A stretch of 64,000 bases of DNA from a virus (Duplodnaviria > Caudoviricetes), in the IMG/VR virus record IMGVR_UViG_3300011979_000363, positions 24,775 through 88,774 of that record; one strand, written 5' to 3'. The notes below the pieces were generated by a model. The model did not search any database. It was not told the DNA's origin and saw nothing but the letters and a program-made list of their open reading frames with translations. Positions 56,052 to 64,000 of the stretch are shown in pieces. The position numbers and the translations under genes were made by a program. Position 1 is the stretch's first letter. Every line of letters begins with the position of its first letter.

Positions 56052-56585
56052 ATGATCAAGGGAAAAGGAAAGATGCGCAAGATGTGTGGCAAGCTCTTTG
56101 ATGAGGAGCTTCGAGAAAAATGCGCAAAACTTCCTGACAATCGTGATTATTTGTTTCTTATCGTCGATGATAAGAAGAACAGGATGTTGCCCTACACACA
56201 ATATCTTCATAGTGTGGTATATAAGTATCTGTCAAGTGTATTGCCGGATCACCCAGATACCATTGCTCTTTACAAGTTCTTTGAGCAGAAATTTGCTAAG
56301 GTAAGGACTTGCACTATTAACGGCAAACGGTTTGAATACCGTGAGCTGAAATCAGAAAAAACAGTTGATGTCAATAGCTTTATTGAGAGAGTTATTGAGT
56401 ATGCCCGTAAAGAATGGGGTATTGAAATTCCTACACGAGAAGCTTTCAGTGAGCCTGAGATGAGGGAATTTTATAGTGAAGCCTACCAGAATCAAGAGGT
56501 AGAGTGGAACAGTGTGATCTCTTCGCTTAAGAAAAAAGATACTAAGAACTATGAGCGAAGAAATTCTGAAAAAGAGTCTTTATGA
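56052..56585 (+). CDS. NinB/Orf-like recombination accessory protein
   Basis: YLHSVVY...L...F......S.......FIERVIEYARKEWGIEIP pattern. Confidence 0.55.
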   Translation: MIKGKGKMRKMCGKLFDEELREKCAKLPDNRDYLFLIVDDKKNRMLPYTQYLHSVVYKYLSSVLPDHPDTIALYKFFEQKFAKVRTCTINGKRFEYRELKSEKTVDVNSFIERVIEYARKEWGIEIPTREAFSEPEMREFYSEAYQNQEVEWNSVISSLKKKDTKNYERRNSEKESL

Positions 56586-58074
56586 CCAGTTCCTCCAGTC
56601 TCAAATGACCTTTGAAGAGGCTGAGGAAAAATCCAAAAAAGAGGCCGGCCGGCCTAAAGTTGAACGATTCCGCATCGGCGAAGATGGTGAATACCCATTG
56701 CGTATTCTTCCTCTTGCTCCTACTTTTGATGATGAGGGGCATATTTTGCCTATGGATCGTAAGGGGTACGAATATCCTTTGCGTCAGTTCTTCTTAACCA
56801 TCAATCTCCCTGAGAAGAAAGGAAAGAAGAGCAAGCCTATGCGCATTCCAGTGGTTCACACGAACGACAAAGATTTTGGCCCAGGCTATTCCGTTGACCT
56901 TATTGATACCTATGTACGTATCGCTAAGGAGATGTACGGTGATGATGAGGAGCTTATGAAAGCCATGACTGATAGCGCCTTTAAGAATCCAAGCAGTCTT
57001 AAATGGCAATATCAGCACGCAATTTTTGTATTGGACATCAGTTCGGATAAGGAGCGCGCTAAAGGTCCTCAGTTGTGGCAGTGCACCCAGACCAATTACA
57101 AAGCTATTGATGATGCTAAGATACGTTTGTGGAGAGAGCTTAAGGAAGATGATCCTAAGGCTACTGACCCTATCGCTGGTATCAATAATAGTTATGGCGT
57201 TAAGATTGTCCGTGGAAACACCAATGGCAAGGTAGACTACACAGTAGAGATTGGCCGTAAGTTTGTTGACCTTACCGAGGCAGAAATCAAGAAGCTTATC
57301 GACATGCCACGTCTTCCAGAAATTATTTATCGCTTTACACGCTATCATTTGGAAGCTGAGGTAGAGTTCTTGAAGCAGTATGACGAGCTGCACGACATTG
57401 ACGTGACTGAGCAGTCAGATTTCAAGGACGCTGTTGAAACGCTTAAGGGAGAACTCCCAGCCGATGATACCAGTCATTTCGATTTGTCTACAGCCAGTTC
57501 AGATAAAGGTTCTAAGAGTTCTGCTGAGGTCACTGTTGATAGTCTTTGGGCTGATTTTGATGCTTTGTCAGATCAGGGTGTTGATGAAAAGTCAGATGAG
57601 TATCAAGACCTTCGTGAGCGTATTCGTCAGTTCGCTGAAGACCATGATCTTGATGTACGTCTTTCTCATTCTAAGAGTAATAAGCAGCTTCTTGAAGAGA
57701 TTGAGGAAGCTTATGAAGAGAAGGCACACCAGTCAAAGAAGTCGGATGTTGAGAAAGACGCTGACAAAGAAGAAGACAAGCCAGAGAAAGATACTGACGA
57801 AACTTCTAAGCGTAAGCATACTCGTGATGATGACGATGAAGAGCCAGAAGAGCCTGTTCGTAGACGTCGCCCCCGTCCGTCAGTAGATGATGACGAAGAG
57901 GAGAAAGAAGCTGAGGAAGAGACTCCTAAGCGTAAACATACTCGTGATGACGAGGATGATGATAAGGATGACGACAAAGATAATGACAAGGATGATGACG
58001 ATAAGTCACAGTCTGAGGAAGAGTCTGAATCTGAGGAAGAGAGTCGTCCAATTCACAGACGCAGAAGACGGTAA
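56551..58074 (+). CDS. ssDNA-binding protein (T4 gp32-like) with a very long charged tail
   Basis: LRILPLAP, GYGVKIVRG-like segment, ~150-aa Asp/Glu-rich C-terminus; next to recombination genes. Confidence 0.7.
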   Translation: MSEEILKKSLYDQFLQSQMTFEEAEEKSKKEAGRPKVERFRIGEDGEYPLRILPLAPTFDDEGHILPMDRKGYEYPLRQFFLTINLPEKKGKKSKPMRIPVVHTNDKDFGPGYSVDLIDTYVRIAKEMYGDDEELMKAMTDSAFKNPSSLKWQYQHAIFVLDISSDKERAKGPQLWQCTQTNYKAIDDAKIRLWRELKEDDPKATDPIAGINNSYGVKIVRGNTNGKVDYTVEIGRKFVDLTEAEIKKLIDMPRLPEIIYRFTRYHLEAEVEFLKQYDELHDIDVTEQSDFKDAVETLKGELPADDTSHFDLSTASSDKGSKSSAEVTVDSLWADFDALSDQGVDEKSDEYQDLRERIRQFAEDHDLDVRLSHSKSNKQLLEEIEEAYEEKAHQSKKSDVEKDADKEEDKPEKDTDETSKRKHTRDDDDEEPEEPVRRRRPRPSVDDDEEEKEAEEETPKRKHTRDDEDDDKDDDKDNDKDDDDKSQSEEESESEEESRPIHRRRRR

Positions 58075-58189
58075 ATCGTAGTTTTTAGTACATGTGATAG
58101 GCTCAGGGGAGTTGTTTGTTTCAGTTGCCTTCCCTGAGCCGTTTTAGCTAATAGAATATATCTTACAATTTACAAATAAGACTACGATT

Positions 58190-59212
58190 ATGAGAATACT
58201 TTTAGTAAACGATCTGCATGCCAACAAAGACAATCTCGTTGAGTTTGAAAAGAACTGGGATGAGATGCTTGATGTATGTAATAAGTTCCATGTTGATGAG
58301 ATTCATATTGGTGGTGACTTGTTTGATTCACCTTCAGTACAATATCTTTCAGTAATGGACGTACTGGCTAAATGCTTTGATAAGGTACATATAAAAAACA
58401 TTCCTATCATCGCTTCTCCAGGAAACCATGATTGTCCAGATAGAAAGTCAACGAATAGCTGGCTTAACTGCTTCAAACATGATTGTCATATCGTCAGAGA
58501 GCCTGAGATATTTGAGTTAGGTGATGAAGGCTTATACCTTGCTCAGTTTCCTTATTATCTTGAAGCAACCGATTTTCCAGTAATATTCAAGTCGTTTGAG
58601 GAAAAGCTTAGTAAGACTGACATAGAGTCACAAAACGTTATTCTTTACTTGCATGAAGGTATACATGGTGCTTTAGGTGACTTTGATATTCCTAATGAAG
58701 TGCCACAAAACTTGTTTGACGGTTATAGAGCTGTTCTTTGTGCCCATTATCATAATCGGACTCATATTAAGAACACTTGCATTCATTACATTGGCGCAAG
58801 CAGAGCACATAGCTTTGGAGAGGATGAGAATAAAGGCTATACCTTACTTGATAGCAAGGATGGCGAGTTTACTTTCATCAAAAACGAGGTCAACCTCCGA
58901 TATGTCACTGAGAGGTTAGAGCTTGCTGATGTTAAGAACTGGAAGAATACTTATGATGATCGCTATAAGATTCGTCTTATCATCCATTGTCAGAGTGAAA
59001 AGGTAGAAACCGTTGATAAGCAAGCTTTGATTGATAAAGGTGCTAATAAGATTGAGTTTGACACTGAGAAAATTCAAGCTATAAAAGCCGAACAAAGTAG
59101 TATTGAAGAGAAGTTCGATACCAAAGACCTTCAGCAAGAATACAAGTTATTTTGTCAAGAAAAAGATATTGACAATCGTATGGGTATAGACTATCTCAGT
59201 AAAATTGATTAG
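58190..59212 (+). CDS. SbcD/Mre11-like metallophosphoesterase nuclease (gp47-like)
   Basis: DLH, GGDLFD, GNHD, LHEG, AHYH motifs. Confidence 0.92.
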   Translation: MRILLVNDLHANKDNLVEFEKNWDEMLDVCNKFHVDEIHIGGDLFDSPSVQYLSVMDVLAKCFDKVHIKNIPIIASPGNHDCPDRKSTNSWLNCFKHDCHIVREPEIFELGDEGLYLAQFPYYLEATDFPVIFKSFEEKLSKTDIESQNVILYLHEGIHGALGDFDIPNEVPQNLFDGYRAVLCAHYHNRTHIKNTCIHYIGASRAHSFGEDENKGYTLLDSKDGEFTFIKNEVNLRYVTERLELADVKNWKNTYDDRYKIRLIIHCQSEKVETVDKQALIDKGANKIEFDTEKIQAIKAEQSSIEEKFDTKDLQQEYKLFCQEKDIDNRMGIDYLSKID

Positions 59213-59224
59213 TACAGTGTACTT

Positions 59225-59237
59225 ACTATTATAAATA
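59225..59237 (+). promoter_or_regulatory. ACTATT upstream motif containing TATAAATA
   Basis: ACTATTATAAATA, identical to 25064-25076. Confidence 0.55.
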
Positions 59238-59242
59238 AAGCT

Positions 59243-61612
59243 ATGTGGGGAATTAATCATATAGAATTTGAGAATTTTATCTCATTCAAGGAAGCACAAG
59301 TAGACATTCCTCAGAACATCTGTACGCTTATCTATGGTGTCAATATGGATAATGCCAAGCAGAAGAATAACGGTACTGGTAAATCTTCTTTGATTGAAGC
59401 TATTGCCTTTGGCCTTACTGGAGAACCTTTGCGTGGCGTGGATAAAGCTGAGGAAATTATCAATGATCACGCTGACAGTGCATCAGTATATGTAGAACTA
59501 AGTAATGATTATGATAAGACTACGCTTACCATCCAGCGTACTATTTATCGTAAGCAACCTCAGCAGATTGAATGCCATAAGTATGACGAGCAGCATCATG
59601 AGATAGAGAAAGAGCTTACTGTGCAACCTTCAGTGCTGGAATACAACAAGTTTATCCTTAACGAGATTGGCCTTACTAAGGATGATATATACAATAACTA
59701 TATTCTCAGTAACCAACGTTACAAGAGCTTCTTTGATGCAAGTGATAAGCAGAAGAAAGCTATGATTAATCGTTTCAGTGGTGCTGATGCGGTTGACTTA
59801 GCTATTGAAGCACTACAGAATGATAAGAAGCCAGTAGAAGACAAACTGAATAAAGCTAAAGAAGCTAAGATTGCTGTTGATTCTAAGATTGAGGTTATTG
59901 AGCAGCAGATAGCTGATGTTGATAACAAGAAAGAAGAATATGCTCAGGAGAGAGAACAGCGTATTCAGTCTTTGCAGGATAAAATAGCTGAGCAGCGAGA
60001 GCAAGAGCGTAACAATAAAGAGCAGATTAAGAAAGCTAACGAGCGTTTGGATAAGATTGACGAGGTTGGTGGTTCTATAGAAGACTTTCAGAATACTAAT
60101 CTCAGTTTGGATGATACCTATCATCAGGTTAAAGACTTGATGGATAAGTACCAGTTGTCAGCTATTAAAGACTATGTGTCTATGACTTCTGAGATAAAGC
60201 TGAACATCAAAACGTTTGACGAACATAAGTCAGATTGCGAGAAGTTGATAATTGGTATTAAAGAAAGACTTACTAAGGCTCAGTCGGCATTGACCGATGC
60301 ACGAGAGTCTTATGATAAGATGAAATCTGAGAATGACCGTAAGGATGAAGACGCTAAGTATGACTTGAAAGACATTCAGAAAGATATTGACGACACTCAG
60401 AAAGAGATTGACGAGAATGTTACTAAGGTCAAAGAGCTGAAAGATAAGTCAGACGATTGCGATAAAGAGATTCGTTCACTCAGAAACATGCTTCATGGTG
60501 CTATTGTATGTCCTAAGTGTAAGCATGAATTCTTTTTGAATGAGAATATTAGCGTAGACGAAGCTAAGAAAGACCTTAAGAAGCTGGAACTTATTCAGCA
60601 GGCTAACAGTGACGACTTAGCATTGGCATTGGATAAGAGTTCTAAGCTTGAATCAAAGAAGAGGTCGTTTGAGAAAGAAAAAGACGATACCAATAAAGAG
60701 ATTGACGATCGTGCTAATAAATTACGCCAGTTGCATTACGATGTCAACGATGCAAACTCTGTAGTGTCAAAGGTATCTGATGAGCTTGCTGAACATCAGC
60801 AGCATATTAAGCGTTTGGAAACTCAGATTGAAGGTGAGCAAGAACGTATCAAAGGTATGCGTAACAACATGCTTCAGGAGGCTTTGGATATTATTGATAA
60901 CACCATTGATAAAGGTGAGCGATATGTCAAGAATCTGAAAGAGAGCAATACTGGCATTGAAGCAGCTATTGAAGCTTTGGAGAAATCCATTGAGACGGTC
61001 AGAAACAGCAACCAGAGCGATTTAATTAAGTCGCTGGATAAGACGTTAGGCGAGTTAAAAACAAGCCAATCTGACGCTGATAAAAAGCTTTCTGAGGTAC
61101 AAAAGGAATTTGACAAGTATACGGTTCAAGAAAACCATTTTGTAGAGTTCCGTTCTTACCTTGCAAACAAGAAAGTAGAAGCTATCTCAGGTGTTACCAA
61201 CTACTTCTTAAAACTGATTGGTTCAGACTTAAGGGTTGAAATGCTGGGGTTCAAACGGCTTAAGAATGGCTCTATACGAGATAAGATCACTGTGAACTTG
61301 CTGAGAAATGGTGAGAATTGTGGAAGCTTTGGTAAGTACTCAGCCGGGGAGCGTGCAAGGGTTAACCTTGCAAGTATCTTAGGACTTCAAAAGCTTACTA
61401 ACGATTCTGCTGATCCTGGTAAGGGCTTAGGCTTAGTTATCTTAGATGAGATACTGGAAGCAAGTGATACAACGGGTATAGAAGCTTCTTGCAAAGCTCT
61501 TAATCGACTGGGTGTAACATCGCTTGTCGTTACACAGAACCCCATTGCCGGTGATGGTATCAACACTATGGAAGTCGTGAAAGAAAACGGAATATCAACA
61601 ATTAATCAATAA
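59243..61612 (+). CDS. SbcC/Rad50-like ATPase (gp46-like)
   Basis: Walker A NGTGKSS, coiled coil with CPKC zinc hook, signature YSAGE, Walker B VILDE. Confidence 0.95.
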   Translation: MWGINHIEFENFISFKEAQVDIPQNICTLIYGVNMDNAKQKNNGTGKSSLIEAIAFGLTGEPLRGVDKAEEIINDHADSASVYVELSNDYDKTTLTIQRTIYRKQPQQIECHKYDEQHHEIEKELTVQPSVLEYNKFILNEIGLTKDDIYNNYILSNQRYKSFFDASDKQKKAMINRFSGADAVDLAIEALQNDKKPVEDKLNKAKEAKIAVDSKIEVIEQQIADVDNKKEEYAQEREQRIQSLQDKIAEQREQERNNKEQIKKANERLDKIDEVGGSIEDFQNTNLSLDDTYHQVKDLMDKYQLSAIKDYVSMTSEIKLNIKTFDEHKSDCEKLIIGIKERLTKAQSALTDARESYDKMKSENDRKDEDAKYDLKDIQKDIDDTQKEIDENVTKVKELKDKSDDCDKEIRSLRNMLHGAIVCPKCKHEFFLNENISVDEAKKDLKKLELIQQANSDDLALALDKSSKLESKKRSFEKEKDDTNKEIDDRANKLRQLHYDVNDANSVVSKVSDELAEHQQHIKRLETQIEGEQERIKGMRNNMLQEALDIIDNTIDKGERYVKNLKESNTGIEAAIEALEKSIETVRNSNQSDLIKSLDKTLGELKTSQSDADKKLSEVQKEFDKYTVQENHFVEFRSYLANKKVEAISGVTNYFLKLIGSDLRVEMLGFKRLKNGSIRDKITVNLLRNGENCGSFGKYSAGERARVNLASILGLQKLTNDSADPGKGLGLVILDEILEASDTTGIEASCKALNRLGVTSLVVTQNPIAGDGINTMEVVKENGISTINQ

Positions 61613-61613
61613 T

Positions 61614-62126
61614 ATGCGACAAAGGATTACAGATGAATTTTTAGAGAGTCTAAGAAAGTCGAATGTACTCTCTTTGGATATAGCTGAGCATACTGGCTAT
61701 TATTCTACTCATGGTTATGGTACATGGTATTTTCCATCAACTGACAAAGCGGCTAAGAAGTATGGCGAGGATTATGAACAGCATAAGGCTTTCCATGACA
61801 CGGTGAAGAATTTTATCGTTCAGCATGACATTAAAGTAGTGGCTGCTGAGGATGTAAATGTAGGCACTCGTTTTATGGCACTTAAGAAGCTCTCAGAGTT
61901 TAGGGGTGTGCTTTTTGAAGTCTGTGCTGAGTTGAATGTTCCTATTGTTTTCTTCAACGTAACCAACATCAAGAAGTGGGCGACTGGAGACGGACGTGCA
62001 GACAAGAAGAAGATGATGGAATATGCTGTCAGACGCTGGAAGATTGATCCAGAGAATGACGACAACGTTGGCGATGCGTGTCACATTTTCATGTACTTTA
62101 TTCATCGATATGATATAACTAAATAA
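61614..62126 (+). CDS. RuvC-like Holliday junction resolvase
   Basis: SLDIAEHTGY, AAEDV, IKKWATGDGRADKKKMM, DDNVGDA. Confidence 0.88.
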   Translation: MRQRITDEFLESLRKSNVLSLDIAEHTGYYSTHGYGTWYFPSTDKAAKKYGEDYEQHKAFHDTVKNFIVQHDIKVVAAEDVNVGTRFMALKKLSEFRGVLFEVCAELNVPIVFFNVTNIKKWATGDGRADKKKMMEYAVRRWKIDPENDDNVGDACHIFMYFIHRYDITK

Positions 62127-62133
62127 TTGAGAT

Positions 62134-62481
62134 ATGGGATCAAACAACAAATATGTTAAGCATGGTGTAAATGACATCAGAAAATATTGCAGCCAACTTG
62201 TTAAAGACTTCTTCTTGTTTTGTGATGGTCGTCCTAAACAAATAAAGACAATGGTATGGATGGACGATATAAAACAGCCTATGCCTCCAAAGAAGGAGCA
62301 GATGGCAAAGATGCTGAAACGTTTACAGGTCATCTGGAAGAAATTCTGTAGAGATGCCATATTGCCACGCACTACTGAGAACTTGTTTATAACAATGATG
62401 AAAGCAGAATGGAACAGAAAGAGCAAAGAGCAAAAGGCACATCAGCTGAAAATTCAAAAGATGGAGGATCCTCAGCCATAA
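62134..62481 (+). CDS. hypothetical protein
   Basis: 115-aa ORF in operon order. Confidence 0.65.
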   Translation: MGSNNKYVKHGVNDIRKYCSQLVKDFFLFCDGRPKQIKTMVWMDDIKQPMPPKKEQMAKMLKRLQVIWKKFCRDAILPRTTENLFITMMKAEWNRKSKEQKAHQLKIQKMEDPQP

Positions 62482-63101
62482 GCCTACGTGAGCGTGAACG
62501 ACTTTTCAATATGTATGTGTCGCCGTATCTTGAAGAAGTCAGGACACTGGCGGCATTTTACACAGACAAATACCAGGATGCAGAAGATAACTACATTCTG
62601 GTATTACAAAAGCTGTTTGATAACTACATTCTGGTATTACAAAAGCTGTTTTCCTATATCCACACATATAATCCAGATAAGTCGATACATACATGGCTTC
62701 ATATCGTCACTAAGCGAGAATGTTTCCGTGCCAATAAAAAGTTGGCTACCAGACAACCCATCAACTCAGACATAGAAGAGTGTTCCAATGAAGCCATATA
62801 CCAACATGGTACAAGTAATGTAGTAGACGCAAGTTTTGGGACTCTCTTGGACAATATATCTGATGAGGTATATTCTTGTCTATTGAAGATTGAACCACGT
62901 AAGCTGTCAGCTTTTCTGCTGTATGCTCAGGGTGCGAGTATCAGAGAAATTACAGCCATTGAATATGAAGCTGGCCACTTAGAACAAAAAAATGAATCAT
63001 TAATCAAAAGTCGTATATACTGGACACAGATCCAGTTGCAATTATTATTAAAGGAACATGGAATTACAAAATCAAGCCATACGGATAAAGGACGCTATTA
63101 A
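62409..63101 (+). CDS. ECF-type sigma-70 factor
   Basis: region 2 (DAED.Y...L..LFSYIHTYNPDKSIHTWLHIVTKR) and region 4 (FLLYAQGASIREI). Confidence 0.8.
   Translation: MEQKEQRAKGTSAENSKDGGSSAISLRERERLFNMYVSPYLEEVRTLAAFYTDKYQDAEDNYILVLQKLFDNYILVLQKLFSYIHTYNPDKSIHTWLHIVTKRECFRANKKLATRQPINSDIEECSNEAIYQHGTSNVVDASFGTLLDNISDEVYSCLLKIEPRKLSAFLLYAQGASIREITAIEYEAGHLEQKNESLIKSRIYWTQIQLQLLLKEHGITKSSHTDKGRY
62586..62651 (+). repeat. perfect 33-bp tandem duplication inside the sigma gene
   Basis: GATAACTACATTCTGGTATTACAAAAGCTGTTT at 62586-618 and 62619-651. Confidence 0.95.
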
Positions 63102-63687
63102 TGTGGTGATTGACGCACTGCTTAATAAGTCGTTCAGATTTGACGATAGTGGTCAGACCTTGGCCATGATCAAATGCAGTATTCCTTATATGCAAAAGAA
63201 GCTATGGCCACAAGGCGTTTCCAGTGAGCGTATTGTTGACTATATCGTTTATCAGCTTTACAGACGACGGACTCAGACAATGTTCCGCTTTACTACACGG
63301 GATCTGTTCAGTGATCATGCCATACAAAAGTATTATGACCAGTTTATAGGCAAGAACGCACGTGTAGGCATGAACTATTACATAGACCTGTGGTTGAAAG
63401 ATGGTGGTCTCAGCAGGAAGAAACTGACAGAGATTATTGATGGTGGCAGGCCAGATCCCTTACAGAAATATGTTTATATGGAAAGCGAGGAAACGACAAA
63501 GACACGATTTTACAACACTGATAATGGTTATTATCTTTGCCAGCAAGCCACAACTGGTTATGCTCCCCTATCAAGAGCATGTCAGGGGTGTGATTTCCGT
63601 AAACGTTGCTATGACGTTACAGAGAAGAAATATCCAGAACTTATGAAATTACGCATTAAAAACTACGAGGAAAATGGCAAGAAGTAA
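63058..63687 (+). CDS. hypothetical protein with C-terminal Cys cluster
   Basis: 209 aa; CQQ...S..CQGC....C. Confidence 0.75.
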   Translation: MELQNQAIRIKDAINVVIDALLNKSFRFDDSGQTLAMIKCSIPYMQKKLWPQGVSSERIVDYIVYQLYRRRTQTMFRFTTRDLFSDHAIQKYYDQFIGKNARVGMNYYIDLWLKDGGLSRKKLTEIIDGGRPDPLQKYVYMESEETTKTRFYNTDNGYYLCQQATTGYAPLSRACQGCDFRKRCYDVTEKKYPELMKLRIKNYEENGKK

Positions 63688-64000
63688 GAACGAAAACGTA
63701 CTGACAGAAAGTTTTCTGTTAGAACTTTACAATGCTGCTATCACTGACAACTATATATGTGGTATTGTGGCTACGCACATGAGAGACGAATATCTCCCAG
63801 ACCAACAGTTCCAGCAACTTAATGCTCTGTTGAAGCAATATTATCAAAACTATAAGAGCGCCCCCCAATATGGCATTGTCACTCAAATGTCCAGCAAATC
63901 AAGAGCTGTTTCTGAGTTGCTTGATGAGATAAATGAGGTTCATCCGACAAATCGTGTGATTTTGTCATTATGCAAATTGAAAAGTCTTAACTTAAAATAG
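63674..64000 (+). pseudogene. N-terminal fragment of a DnaB / T4 gp41-like helicase, stops after 108 aa
   Basis: V..HM..EYLP...FQ.L...LK.YY..Y...P pattern and position after sigma; no P-loop before the stop. Confidence 0.5.

Noticed and set aside
57711-57989. Ser-rich minus-strand ORF and many other antisense ORFs in the track
   Set aside because: They are shadows of biased or low-complexity sense-strand genes
1-64000. Stop-codon reassignment (TAG read as Gln, as in some large Prevotella phages)
   Set aside because: Long genes are intact in the standard code, and in-frame read-through of the portal or chaperone TAG would not join the downstream ORFs, which lie in the -1 frame

Overview
The whole window looks like part of a large tailed phage with a contractile tail, infecting Bacteroidales (probably Prevotella-like). 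No host housekeeping genes are seen. The host call rests on perfect Bacteroidetes sigmaA promoters (TTTG-N20-TAnnTTTG), A-rich translation starts without Shine-Dalgarno, and DUF4494- and DUF2586-like genes. Layout: 1-3.0 kb leftward orphan genes; 3.06-4.9 kb non-coding block with two structured-RNA candidates and a possible origin or packaging region; 4.9-15.2 kb accessory and DNA-metabolism genes (degenerate RNase H fold, DUF4494, wHTH, small tyrosine recombinase, dUTPase); 15.4-32.7 kb head and tail genes (portal, MuF, Clp protease/scaffold, capsid, two sheath paralogues, tube, chaperone with -1 frameshift, 2086-aa tape measure); 32.7-34.9 kb antisense insert; 35-55.8 kb baseplate and fibre genes interrupted by a CotH-like giant protein and a complete diversity-generating retroelement (VR 48060-48174, TR 48285-48399, RT); 56-64 kb recombination and replication genes (NinB-like, gp32-like SSB, SbcCD-like, RuvC-like, ECF sigma, helicase N-terminus). 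The most novel-looking signals are: (i) an ~775-nt GC-rich, highly paired ORF-less RNA with its own host promoter, transcribed antisense inside the tail operon ahead of a basic protein, a repeat micropeptide and a membrane protein; (ii) an ~470-540-nt structured RNA ending in a tRNA-like T-arm; (iii) a slippery site plus hairpin predicting a portal-MuF fusion; (iv) a DGR without avd whose RT carries an extra C-terminal domain; (v) a recurring ACTATT upstream motif that may be the phage sigma promoter. Family assignments come from motif recognition by eye, not database searches.
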